A stretch of 64,000 bases of DNA. Origin: a virus (taxonomy: Duplodnaviria > Heunggongvirae > Uroviricota > Caudoviricetes). A model generated the notes under the pieces. It saw nothing but the letters and a program-made list of their open reading frames with translations, had not been told where the DNA came from and searched no databases. This document shows, piece by piece, positions 36,692 through 45,660 of the stretch. The stretch lies in IMG/VR virus record IMGVR_UViG_3300042298_002704; one strand, given 5' to 3'. The position numbers and the translations under genes are program-made. Within the stretch, counting starts at the first letter, position 1; every line of letters starts with the position of its first letter.

Positions 36692-36985
36692 TTAGAAAAC
36701 CTTTTTCAGGTCATGTGAATAAACAGCGCATTTATCTCCGTTTGTCCATTCGACTATTGACATTGGAACTTTTATTCCAAATAACTGCTCCAAAGCAAGT
36801 TGGTGCGTTTGTTCAGTGATAAAACCATAAGAACCACATTCGGGAATATCATACGAATAAATGTCGTTGTTGTTTTCGACTTTTAACCGAACCAAATTGC
36901 CTACTTCGAACGTAGGTTCTTCTTGTTTAGGTTCTATAACTTTGGATTTTTTCATAGATTTAAAAAGTGGTGGATATAAGTGCAA
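36692..36985 (-). CDS. Hypothetical protein
   Basis: 97 aa. Followed by a hairpin terminator at 36548-36583. Confidence 0.5.
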   Translation of the reverse strand: MHLYPPLFKSMKKSKVIEPKQEEPTFEVGNLVRLKVENNNDIYSYDIPECGSYGFITEQTHQLALEQLFGIKVPMSIVEWTNGDKCAVYSHDLKKVF

Positions 36986-37019
36986 TTATACCCACCCTAT
37001 TATCATGTCCAGTACATTT

Positions 37020-39131
37020 TTAAATCCAACTTTTTCCAGTTACGGCTGGGGCAGTAGTTAAACCTTGGGTTAAATCTATGTCTACAATCGGAACTGAATT
37101 AAGCGTTTCTTCTGTCATCATTCTTGCAACCTGTTCCCACGTAGTATTTTCATCAAAAACAATATCGGCTTCTTCTTTTGTTTTCACAACCGAACCTGCC
37201 AATAAATCGATGATATGGCCTTGGGCAAGTTTTTTCCAATTAACTTCCTCTTTACCGTCATCCAAGATAACAAACTTTTCCAAGAATGTTCTCATCTTGA
37301 TTACATCAGAGGCACTTGCAACAATGTTGTTCGTATCCAAAGCAACGTCTAAATAAACCAAGTTCTTAGTCGGAACGTGAACTGCGCACAAATAAGCGGT
37401 CTTTGAATTTGACGTTATTTTTGTCGCGTGTTCGACTGTTTCAGGTAACCAATGGTTGTTTCTTTCTGGTTTAGAACGTTGCATCCAACCACAAAGAACA
37501 CCCTCATTTGGCCATTTATTGAAGTTTGGTCCGCGAAAAATTCGAGCGTCAAAAACAACCCATTCAACTCCGTCCAAATCATTCAAGTTTAGATCCAAGT
37601 ATTCTGCGTTTTTATACGCATATCCGGTATTGTCCCCCGAATAAGTAATCGAGGTTCCGAATTTATGATCCCCGTTCCAACCAACTTTAACAACTGAATT
37701 GTCTTGATTGATTACAAAGGCAGACAAATCAATGTCGTGTTTTTCTACCCAGTGACAATAAACTCGTAAAGTTTTGTCTTCTGGAAGTTTTTCAACTGTT
37801 CCGATTGCTTTACTTGAAATTGAAAAACTTGATGCTCTATTGTTGGTTGCTAATGGAGAATAATACAAAGAACGGCCAATGAAAACTTTCTTAGTGTTTT
37901 TCATCTTAACTTTCTTGTAAATTTGAACCATCAACTTGCCTCGAATTTCCTCAACTACCTCAGAAGGCAATGCTTCCAATGCTCCGAAAGTTGAAACATT
38001 GCTTTTGTTCTGGTTAGCCAAAACAACGGCACGATCTTTCTCTTGGTCACGGTCGGAAAAATAATTGTAAAGGGTTACCAATTGTTCAAAAGTTGGTTCC
38101 AGTTTTACAAATTCGTCGATTGCGACCATTCCGAAGACTTGAAACAATTGATTCATTCTTCTCATGTAAACACCTTTGCGTTTTGCAAGTAAATTGAAGA
38201 TAGTAACATCTTTATTTTTAATTGCGAGTTCCAACCTTGAATTGAACGTCTTCAACTCTTTCGAGTTGTTCCGTAATTTCCACGCAAATGATGCAAGAAT
38301 TGGAAATAACCGTTTATTTTCAGAAGTCAACGGATTCAGATAAAACAAAACTCGCAACCAAACTTCGCGATATGTTTTGAAACTTTCCTCCAAGTCATAA
38401 CACTCATTTAAAGTACGCAAAAGCGCATTTTTAACTGAACGTTTTGGCTGTTTAAATTTAGTTTTATCTTTCAAACCTTCGTCTCCGCCACAATATGCAG
38501 CATAAATACGCAAAACATCAGTAGCGGAACGAACTGGAAGTTCTTTGCCCAAATCCAAATAACGCTTACCGATGTAAGCCTTGGTTTCTTTGAATGAAAT
38601 GCGATTAAATTCCAATTCAGGGGCAAGGCCGTTATCAATAAACCAGTCGACAATTTCTTTATCCCATTTAGAAATTGAACTTCCAGAATAGACGATATCA
38701 GTGAAAATTGAATCGAATTGACGTTCAGTTAACAAAGAAATTTCTTTGTAATTGACATCTTCCAACGCAAATTCGCGCTTCATAAATTCACTGTCTTCTG
38801 GCCGCCAAGTTCCAAATGACCAATAATGAGAAATTGCGTTCCAAACAAATTCTTCATGAGAAAGTGCTTGAACTGATTGAGGGAAATTTCGATAAATTGG
38901 TTCATAACCACTTTCACCGACAATAGTTTTCAAACCCTTACAAAGATCGTTGTAGACTTCTGTAAGTGTTTGTTGATCTTGTTTACCGAGAGCAATGTGA
39001 AGTTGCTCAGAACATACAAATCCGTATTTAAATAGTTCAGTTTGGATTTGCATTGCAAGTAATCTGTTACTTTCGGTTCCTTCATTTAGGAACAAACCTT
39101 TCCGCTTTTGAAAGGAAATAAAATGTTTCAT
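37020..39131 (-). CDS. Large protein of unknown function (703 aa) embedded in the tRNA island
   Basis: Single long ORF with an ATG start. I recognise no catalytic motif (no Walker A, no HNH, no DxD). Flanked by tRNA-Arg and a tRNA-like minihelix. Confidence 0.7.
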   Translation of the reverse strand: MKHFISFQKRKGLFLNEGTESNRLLAMQIQTELFKYGFVCSEQLHIALGKQDQQTLTEVYNDLCKGLKTIVGESGYEPIYRNFPQSVQALSHEEFVWNAISHYWSFGTWRPEDSEFMKREFALEDVNYKEISLLTERQFDSIFTDIVYSGSSISKWDKEIVDWFIDNGLAPELEFNRISFKETKAYIGKRYLDLGKELPVRSATDVLRIYAAYCGGDEGLKDKTKFKQPKRSVKNALLRTLNECYDLEESFKTYREVWLRVLFYLNPLTSENKRLFPILASFAWKLRNNSKELKTFNSRLELAIKNKDVTIFNLLAKRKGVYMRRMNQLFQVFGMVAIDEFVKLEPTFEQLVTLYNYFSDRDQEKDRAVVLANQNKSNVSTFGALEALPSEVVEEIRGKLMVQIYKKVKMKNTKKVFIGRSLYYSPLATNNRASSFSISSKAIGTVEKLPEDKTLRVYCHWVEKHDIDLSAFVINQDNSVVKVGWNGDHKFGTSITYSGDNTGYAYKNAEYLDLNLNDLDGVEWVVFDARIFRGPNFNKWPNEGVLCGWMQRSKPERNNHWLPETVEHATKITSNSKTAYLCAVHVPTKNLVYLDVALDTNNIVASASDVIKMRTFLEKFVILDDGKEEVNWKKLAQGHIIDLLAGSVVKTKEEADIVFDENTTWEQVARMMTEETLNSVPIVDIDLTQGLTTAPAVTGKSWI

Positions 39132-39301
39132 TTAATGAAATTTAAAAAGTGAATAATCTTTGAAGGTTGTTTAGAATGAAATGTAGTCATGTAGTAACCT
39201 TCAAAATGTTTCAGTTTGTTTTTTTATTTTCGACTAATCTCGAAAAGTAATTTACGGCGCGTCTACCAGTTTCGCCACTCCCTGCGTTTTGAATTTATTA
39301 G

Positions 39302-39342
39302 GCAGGGAGGCAGGAATCGAACCTGCAATGTACCGGCTCCCA
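39302..39342 (-). ncRNA. tRNA-like minihelix (acceptor plus T-arm only)
   Basis: TGGGAG-CCGGTACATT-GCAGG-TTCGATT-CCTGC-CTCCCTG. No D or anticodon arms. Confidence 0.3.
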
Positions 39343-39375
39343 ATGCAGTAACTTTTCAAATGTGTCAAAAAATTG

Positions 39376-39448
39376 TGATCCCGGCAGAATTCGAATCTGC
39401 AACTTATTCATTAGAAGTGAATTACTCTATCCGTTGAGTTACGGGACC
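39376..39448 (-). tRNA. tRNA-Arg (anticodon TCT)
   Basis: Acceptor GGTCCCG/CGGGATC. D stem ACTC/GAGT. Anticodon stem ATTCA/TGAAT, loop CTTCTAA. T-arm GCAGA-TTCGAAT-TCTGC. Confidence 0.75.
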
Positions 39449-39642
39449 AGATTAAAATTAAGTCTAATCTTCAAAGGTTTTATGAATTTACAAGTTTCGG
39501 AGTAACCTTTGAAATGTGACTTATAATTATCAAATTTTAACCAAAACAAATTTGATTGCGTCTTGTTTGAATGAAACACCTTGACGATGGTGATCAAAAA
39601 ATCCATTTATAAACAATCTACTTCCTATAATGAAATGTTTCA

Positions 39643-39906
39643 TTAGTGTTTCATTATTTCGTTATTATTGCCCGAACCCGCAAGGTTCCCGATCAGTAGA
39701 AATAAACCAGCAAGAACAAAAAATCCCATACCGACTTTAATAAAAAATTGATCGTTTGGATTTACGTTCATTACGATAAACCCGCCAATCAAAACTGAAA
39801 CAAATGCCAGCAAGGGAGCAGCAGTTTTGATTTTGGCAGTTTCTTCATTTTTATGCTCTACATAGCGATTGTACGCTTTGCGATCTTCCTTTGTCAATTT
39901 TCTCAT
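39643..39906 (-). CDS. Small two-TM membrane protein
   Basis: AAPLLAFVSVLIGGFIVMNV and MGFFVLAGLFLLIGNLAG hydrophobic segments. Confidence 0.5.
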   Translation of the reverse strand: MRKLTKEDRKAYNRYVEHKNEETAKIKTAAPLLAFVSVLIGGFIVMNVNPNDQFFIKVGMGFFVLAGLFLLIGNLAGSGNNNEIMKH

Positions 39907-39916
39907 GTTGACTGAT

Positions 39917-40095
39917 GTTTAATTTAGCGGAATTTTCAAATTTTTAATATCCTCAAATGTTAACTGGCCTGCCGATTTATTTGGATTATCAACAAAAACC
40001 AAATTACAAATTTGAGAGTCTGGAAAAATTTTAGATATCTTGACGGGTTTGCCATTGATATTAAATTGTTTACCGACGTATATTTTTCTCATATT
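39917..40095 (-). CDS. Small ORF (~59 aa)
   Basis: ATG at 40095. Not in the ORF track. Confidence 0.25.
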
Positions 40096-40096
40096 A

Positions 40097-40390
40097 TTAA
40101 TTATTTTCGTCGTAAATCAATGTTAGAAATTCAGTAATGGTTTGACTTTCTTTCAATAACTTGACCAAACATTCTTCTGAAATATAAAAGCGACCACCGG
40201 TTTCTAATTCTGGGTTGAGTGTTATGAACGCTGCATTATAACTAATATCGACGTCGTCCCACCCCTTTCCGAAAATAATGAAAACGGGATATTCGTTCAA
40301 AAATTTCATTTCAATATCAGCATCAGTTGGAAGATGTGATTTTAATTTTTCAAAAATTTTTCCAGATGCAATAATTTTTTCGTAGTTCAT
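40097..40390 (-). CDS. Hypothetical protein (possible SUKH/SMI1-like immunity fold)
   Basis: HLPTDADIEMKFLNEYPVFIIFGKGWDD resembles an LP..Y..FL…NG motif. Weak. Confidence 0.4.
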   Translation of the reverse strand: MNYEKIIASGKIFEKLKSHLPTDADIEMKFLNEYPVFIIFGKGWDDVDISYNAAFITLNPELETGGRFYISEECLVKLLKESQTITEFLTLIYDENN

Positions 40391-40393
40391 AAT

Positions 40394-40612
40394 TCAAAGT
40401 TTAACTTTGTGAACTAATTTTTCAAAAATTTCAATGGCCAAAAGTCTTAATTCTTCTTCGCTTTTGACAATACCTCGTTTCTCAATTGCAACTGTCAAAT
40501 TCGGGTCAACACACGTTTTTACAGAAACCCAAGTTCTACTTAGGTTCATTTCAAATGTGTTTCCGTTATAAAAAAACGCAATTGCGTTGCCAGTATCAAT
40601 GTAATTTTTCAT
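40394..40612 (-). CDS. Hypothetical small protein
   Basis: 72 aa. A TAnnTTTG box lies only ~4 nt before the ATG. Confidence 0.45.
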   Translation of the reverse strand: MKNYIDTGNAIAFFYNGNTFEMNLSRTWVSVKTCVDPNLTVAIEKRGIVKSEEELRLLAIEIFEKLVHKVKL

Positions 40613-40662
40613 AGTACAAAGGTAAATAAACTAAAATTACAAAACAATACAAGAGATGTTAA

Positions 40663-41151
40663 TTACTTGTTAAACAACCGTTCGTTCAGAATTCGTTTAA
40701 TGAACCTTTGAACACCTTCATCTTTTGACATACCAGTACGTTCACTTTCATTCATATCGTACTCGCAAGTTGCGAGGTACATTAAATTTTGCAACTCATG
40801 TATTGTCAACTGAATAGGAGTTTGACTCATTAAAACTGAACAAGTGTCTTCTGAAATTTGTTCATATAGATCAATATTAAACCACCCCGGATTCGGAAGT
40901 TCAATGATAATATTATTCGACTCGGACCAGCATTTTACTGGTCGATCTTCTTCATTTAACCAAACAATTTCACGCTTTCCGTTATTCAAAATTCGAGTGT
41001 AAATTTTCATGGCCTTACCAAGTTTGTTAAGTTCATCTTTCACGGCTGGGAGAATGACAAATCGCTTCATTGGACTGTTACTTTCTTCCAAGTTCTTTAT
41101 TGCTTTGTTGAAAATTTCTCTCATATTTAAAAACGCGGTTAACCTATACAC
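40663..41151 (-). CDS. Hypothetical protein
   Basis: 162 aa. Confidence 0.5.
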   Translation of the reverse strand: MYRLTAFLNMREIFNKAIKNLEESNSPMKRFVILPAVKDELNKLGKAMKIYTRILNNGKREIVWLNEEDRPVKCWSESNNIIIELPNPGWFNIDLYEQISEDTCSVLMSQTPIQLTIHELQNLMYLATCEYDMNESERTGMSKDEGVQRFIKRILNERLFNK

Positions 41152-41168
41152 CGCAAGGTAAAATTGGG

Positions 41169-41378
41169 TTACAGTTTGTTTCCTTTTCCGACTATTTCAT
41201 ATTCATATCCCATTCCAATGCAAAACTGTTCAAAATCGTTAAACATTATTCCTAAAAGGGAATCCGATGCAATGTGCCTGATTTCGTCCTCAATTGACGC
41301 AGAAGTAATTGCCACGAACTCCCGACCGTTTTTAATGATAATCGGAGGAAGGCGGCATGCTGTTTTTAATTCCCCCAT
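41169..41378 (-). CDS. Hypothetical small protein
   Basis: 69 aa. Chosen over the overlapping + strand ORF because of strand context. Confidence 0.4.
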   Translation of the reverse strand: MGELKTACRLPPIIIKNGREFVAITSASIEDEIRHIASDSLLGIMFNDFEQFCIGMGYEYEIVGKGNKL

Positions 41379-41424
41379 CTAAATTTTCGAATCGATAACT
41401 TTTATGTCCATGAAAAAGTTGTTT

Positions 41425-42444
41425 TTAATTGAAAAGTGCCAGTTCCAAACCTTTAATAGGAGTAATGTTTCTGGAAAGTGCAAGTTGTGCGGCTTTTTCG
41501 GTTGTTCCTTGATAACCAAGGTTCAAAACAGTTGAAAGCATCTGGTCTTCCGGACTATCAAAGTCTTTCGTACCCAAAAATCCTGTCACACCGTTAAATG
41601 CGCCCCATCCTGTGCCTTTAAATTCTTTTTGGCCGGGACCACTTTCGTAGTAAGAAAGCGCAGAAGTAATGATGTTTCGCTTCCGGGTTGAAATAATCGA
41701 ATCGCCTTCTGCATCCAAAATTTGACCAAGCGCAAGGGCTTCAATTTCTTCCCCGGTCAAAAATACATGACCAAAGAAATCGACTGGGTTAATTTGGATA
41801 TCTGACATTTGGTTGAACGCGTCACCAAGTATGGTTACGTTCTTTTCCAAAAGGCCCATCACTTTGACAAACTCGCGAATTTTTTCATTCGCACTTTGGG
41901 TGTGACGGAATGTGTACTTTTCTTTTGCGCCGCGCAATGCAGCGGTCAGCGTGTTGTTACAAACAACCCTGATTGGTGTAAAAATAACGCTAATTGGTGA
42001 AGTTCCATCAAAACTGTTGGTGAACAAGAGGTACATATCGGTTACGTCAGTTCCTTTTACCACCACCTGTTTATCCGATTTCATTGAAACAAACGAAATA
42101 GCACCGTCTTTAAGTACGCCAGCAGTTTCAATGTGAAATGGGAACTGGTTAACAATTGCAAGTGCGTCCGCGTTTTGAACCGGAGTGTAACGGCTACCTA
42201 CCGTTCCCAAAACTTTATGAGTGTCAGTACGCCAAGTAAAGAATGAACTTTCGCTGATGATTTCAATCTCGCCCATACGGTGAATGTTTGGCGATTTTTC
42301 AACGTGGTAATCAAGTCCGCCATATTGCATAGCGTCTTGAAGGTTGACTTGTTCGAGGATTGTACCAAACCCGTGCCAAGGTTTGATATTTTTGGAAACA
42401 AAGTCTCCGGTTTCGTTTTTCTGAAAACTAAGGTTATGTGCCAT
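41425..42444 (-). CDS. DUF932-like phage/plasmid protein (tentative)
   Basis: 339 aa. Length and general composition resemble the DUF932 family as I recall it. TACCTTTG promoter 22 nt upstream. Confidence 0.45.
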   Translation of the reverse strand: MAHNLSFQKNETGDFVSKNIKPWHGFGTILEQVNLQDAMQYGGLDYHVEKSPNIHRMGEIEIISESSFFTWRTDTHKVLGTVGSRYTPVQNADALAIVNQFPFHIETAGVLKDGAISFVSMKSDKQVVVKGTDVTDMYLLFTNSFDGTSPISVIFTPIRVVCNNTLTAALRGAKEKYTFRHTQSANEKIREFVKVMGLLEKNVTILGDAFNQMSDIQINPVDFFGHVFLTGEEIEALALGQILDAEGDSIISTRKRNIITSALSYYESGPGQKEFKGTGWGAFNGVTGFLGTKDFDSPEDQMLSTVLNLGYQGTTEKAAQLALSRNITPIKGLELALFN

Positions 42445-42462
42445 TGTTAAAAAAGTTTGTTT

Positions 42463-42527
42463 GTTAATTACTATACAAAGGTAAGGGAGTGTTTTTAAAC
42501 TTCCAAATGGATTAACAAGCCATTAAC
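42463..42527 (-). promoter_or_regulatory. Bacteroidetes-type promoter plus ATTAAC pair (11-bp spacing)
   Basis: TACCTTTG 22 nt before the ATG of the 41425-42444 gene. ATTAAC at 42511 and 42522. Confidence 0.5.
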
Positions 42528-42744
42528 ACAGTGAATGTTTTATAACTTGATTAAGATTTTCAAAAGTTCTTCCGTCAAATTTAGAATAGTTTGCAGTGCA
42601 ATAACCGGATATATTTCCGGAAATTGTGACCGATGCTTCGTATTGTTTTTCATTAACACTGAAATATACCGAACTGTTATCTTCGGTAAATTCAATATTC
42701 ATTTTAGTGAACTTTCTTTTTAAATTGTCAATTTTCATAATCAA
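42523..42744 (-). CDS. Hypothetical small protein
   Basis: 73 aa. Confidence 0.4.
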   Translation of the reverse strand: MIMKIDNLKRKFTKMNIEFTEDNSSVYFSVNEKQYEASVTISGNISGYCTANYSKFDGRTFENLNQVIKHSLC

Positions 42745-42928
42745 TTGTTTTTAATTACGATACAAAGATAAAGGCTTGATCCTTACGAACCAAGCCCATT
42801 AACAAACATTAACAACCTTTAAGAATTCATATTTCGGTAATGATCCCAATCATTATTATCAGTTGGGAATTTCAAATATTTGAATATAAAGATGATTGCG
42901 GCACAAAGGCCAATAAAGAATAGGATTT

Positions 42929-43315
42929 TCATATATTTTTAGATTTAAAAAGTTTGTGACATTTATCAGGTTGAATATCTTCAATGGTCTGTCGACGACC
43001 TACGCCAATCATCCAAGTATTCAAAGTCATAACTGAATTTGGATAGATCGGATCATGAACTTCATCATATACGATGGTATATGAAGTTGGTTCCCAATCT
43101 TTGGGAACGGATGCATAAAAAATTATACAAAGCAGACACCAATCAGAATCTTGAACTTCGCGCCAAAAAACATCTTTAAAAGGAACTCCGATTTCTTTTG
43201 CAAATTTAGTTGCGCCTTCTTTTAGATTCCTAACAGCATCCGCGACATTTAAAGTTTGCATATAACCAGCATTATATGCGACCATCGAACTGTATGTGAA
43301 CAAAGATAATGTCAT
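42929..43315 (-). CDS. Hypothetical protein
   Basis: 128 aa. ATGA overlap with the upstream gene. Confidence 0.5.
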   Translation of the reverse strand: MTLSLFTYSSMVAYNAGYMQTLNVADAVRNLKEGATKFAKEIGVPFKDVFWREVQDSDWCLLCIIFYASVPKDWEPTSYTIVYDEVHDPIYPNSVMTLNTWMIGVGRRQTIEDIQPDKCHKLFKSKNI

Positions 43316-43950
43316 TGTTGAGTTTGATTTTTATATTGATATTGATATTCACATTCTCCCGGAAGGAAATAAGCATACGCCCTGCAAAATTCCGGATATT
43401 GCGCTTTAAATTCTTTAACGGCATCTTTGCAGTCGAACTCGTTAAAATATTGACCATAATGTACTACCCAATAATCTTTGATCTCTCGGGTACTTCCGTC
43501 TTTATATTTTTGAGTCAATGAACCTTTTGGAAGTTTGGTACACATGGAACCATCTGGACGTGAACCCGGAGGTTGAATCAAAAGTTCCATCCTGATAGTC
43601 CAATACCCACCAGTCGTTCTACCGGGACGCTGGCCGAAGCGTTGATTTGAAATAACGACCGTATCGCGACTCAAAACAGTCGTTTCGGCCTTACAATTAT
43701 CAGCGTCCCAACTTGTTTCTGAAACGACTCTGACGCGTTTCTTGACTTCTTGGTAACCTGAAACTGGACTATAAACAAGTTCGCCAATCGTTCCATAATT
43801 CGATTTCGCATCGCATGGGTCGGGAGTCAGTGGAGATTGCATTGAATATTGCAAAGGAAATTCAAAACGCTGAATCAACTCTTCACATTGGGCATTTAAG
43901 TCACCAAAGGTTAGTCCGATTAGACTAAGAATTAAAATCGTAATTTTCAT
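43312..43950 (-). CDS. Secreted Cys-containing protein
   Basis: Signal peptide MKITILILSLIGLTFG. Eight Cys. Confidence 0.55.
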   Translation of the reverse strand: MKITILILSLIGLTFGDLNAQCEELIQRFEFPLQYSMQSPLTPDPCDAKSNYGTIGELVYSPVSGYQEVKKRVRVVSETSWDADNCKAETTVLSRDTVVISNQRFGQRPGRTTGGYWTIRMELLIQPPGSRPDGSMCTKLPKGSLTQKYKDGSTREIKDYWVVHYGQYFNEFDCKDAVKEFKAQYPEFCRAYAYFLPGECEYQYQYKNQTQQ

Positions 43951-43964
43951 ATTGTTGTTTTATT

Positions 43965-44142
43965 TGTTTTAATTGTGAAAGTAATTCAGTTCCTTCTGAA
44001 GGAACTGATCGATCATTTTGTTTGTGTGTGGCCAAAACCAATTGCCAATTTTACTTAGTCTCTTAGATTCAAGCCAAATAAGATGTTCTTCCTGATTTTT
44101 AATCATGACATCGATTCGATCCAATAATGCCTGTTTGTTCAT
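43965..44142 (-). CDS. Small ORF (~59 aa)
   Basis: ATG at 44142. ATGA-coupled to the upstream small ORF. Confidence 0.3.
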
Positions 44143-44292
44143 TGATCTAAAATATTTTCAAGTAAATCTTGGATTTTGGTTAACAGTTTTTCAGCCTTTG
44201 AATTACCAACAACACCGTATTTTTTTATGATCCGATTATGACGTCGGAGCCATTGTTTCCACCATTCGGGATTCTGCTCTCGTTTAGTCATT
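44140..44292 (-). CDS. Small ORF (~50 aa)
   Basis: ATG at 44292. Stop overlaps the next start. Confidence 0.3.
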
Positions 44293-44583
44293 GATTTCAA
44301 TTGTGATTGTTGCGTTTACTCGTGTAACCACTTTCCCTATAAATTCAGGGATATAGTCTTTAATAGTCTCAGTGTTCAATTTTGACCATTCGTCAATTTT
44401 TACTGGGTTATCTTTTCGATTCCATTCCATCTCGTTTTCAAGAACAAACAAAATCATTTTGCCGTAATCACACTGAGCAATTAGAAAATATTGGCCATCT
44501 ACTTTGATAATATTTTCACCATTGTAATAAGACAGTTCTTGTACTTGTGGTTGGGTATCGGTGATAATAATTTTAGTTGTCAT
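44284..44583 (-). CDS. Hypothetical protein (trimmed to an internal Met to remove overlap)
   Basis: MTTKIIITDTQPQV…. Confidence 0.4.
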   Translation of the reverse strand: MTTKIIITDTQPQVQELSYYNGENIIKVDGQYFLIAQCDYGKMILFVLENEMEWNRKDNPVKIDEWSKLNTETIKDYIPEFIGKVVTRVNATITIEIND

Positions 44584-44584
44584 G

Positions 44585-44896
44585 TTAAAAGAATTTATCG
44601 TTTTGTTGTGTGTACGGTTCAATTTTAATTTTTAATCCCAAGTCTTTGTTTCTGCCTCGGAATTTTTCGCGATCGTAATCGTTATTCATCATTTCAGTAT
44701 TTCGCCAATGTAAATGACCATTGTCATTATGATTCGTTTTACTTTTGGTCGTAACTGATTTATAAAGTTTCAAATCCTCGGCAGAGAGCATTTCAAGTTG
44801 TCGACGTTTCAGTTCCAAAAGAAACTTTTCAACCTCGGGTTCAGTACCAATAAAAGTTTCATTGATACTTCCGGTAACTTTAAGACGTTTAGTCAT
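44585..44896 (-). CDS. Hypothetical protein
   Basis: 103 aa. Confidence 0.45.
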   Translation of the reverse strand: MTKRLKVTGSINETFIGTEPEVEKFLLELKRRQLEMLSAEDLKLYKSVTTKSKTNHNDNGHLHWRNTEMMNNDYDREKFRGRNKDLGLKIKIEPYTQQNDKFF

Positions 44897-45077
44897 ATTG
44901 AAAGTTAAAGGTTAATGAAACAAACACTCGTTCAAGTATTGTTTCGGGCGTTAAGGCTTTATACGCACGATCAATGGTTGCGTAAATTTTAAAATTGCCG
45001 TTTGGAAAGGTAACTTTCCACGCTTGTGTCATACCATCAGGGACGGCATCATAATAACAAGGTGATTTCAGGTTCAT
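44889..45077 (-). CDS. Hypothetical small protein
   Basis: 62 aa. Confidence 0.35.
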   Translation of the reverse strand: MNLKSPCYYDAVPDGMTQAWKVTFPNGNFKIYATIDRAYKALTPETILERVFVSLTFNFQYD

Positions 45078-45157
45078 TTTTTTAAAAGTTTATTTGTTAA
45101 TTACAGTACAAAAGTAAAACCTAAAAATGAATTAACCAAACACATTAACATTTCATT

Positions 45158-45364
45158 TTATCTTTTTATTTTTTGACCGTTAATAAACATAAATTTCTTA
45201 CTATCAAACGCAAATGGCTCGATCATAAATTCTTTCAAATGTCCCATATGTTTGGCCTCTATAATTGCGGCATCGGCATCAAATGCATAATAATGTCCCA
45301 GTTCAAAATAAGAAGAACCGGGAACATTCAATTTAACGCAAACCGTAAATCGTTTCGATTTCAT
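45158..45364 (-). CDS. Hypothetical small protein
   Basis: 68 aa. Confidence 0.4.
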   Translation of the reverse strand: MKSKRFTVCVKLNVPGSSYFELGHYYAFDADAAIIEAKHMGHLKEFMIEPFAFDSKKFMFINGQKIKR

Positions 45365-45619
45365 TTAGGCAGGATAATGAGTTTTAAAATTTCCCAACAT
45401 AGGAACGTTTGACCAGTCCCTATAATACAAAGGACATTCATCCTTTGAAAGAATGGTTGTGTTTTCCAACCCAATCTCGCAAGGCTTTAATGCAACGGCC
45501 TTTGTAACATTACGAAGGCTTTTAGTTGAACCATCTGCAAAGGTTGCAGTGAATACGGTGCTTGCGCGTTTAGCGTCAAGCATTTCAATAGAGCGAGAAA
45601 TCAAAACTGGAACTAACAT
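45365..45619 (-). CDS. Hypothetical protein (start moved to the ATG)
   Basis: The ORF track uses a TTG. An ATG lies 3 codons downstream. Promoter at 45664-45721. Confidence 0.45.
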   Translation of the reverse strand: MLVPVLISRSIEMLDAKRASTVFTATFADGSTKSLRNVTKAVALKPCEIGLENTTILSKDECPLYYRDWSNVPMLGNFKTHYPA

Positions 45620-45660
45620 AAACTTCAAAGGTTAAGCCCTAACCGGCGGGCCGCCGTTTA

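Noticed and set aside
41164-41382. Plus-strand ORF 41164-41382 that mirrors minus-strand ORF 41169-41378
   Set aside because: Only one can be real. The whole 39-64 kb block is minus-strand with minus-strand promoters, so the minus ORF was kept at low confidence.
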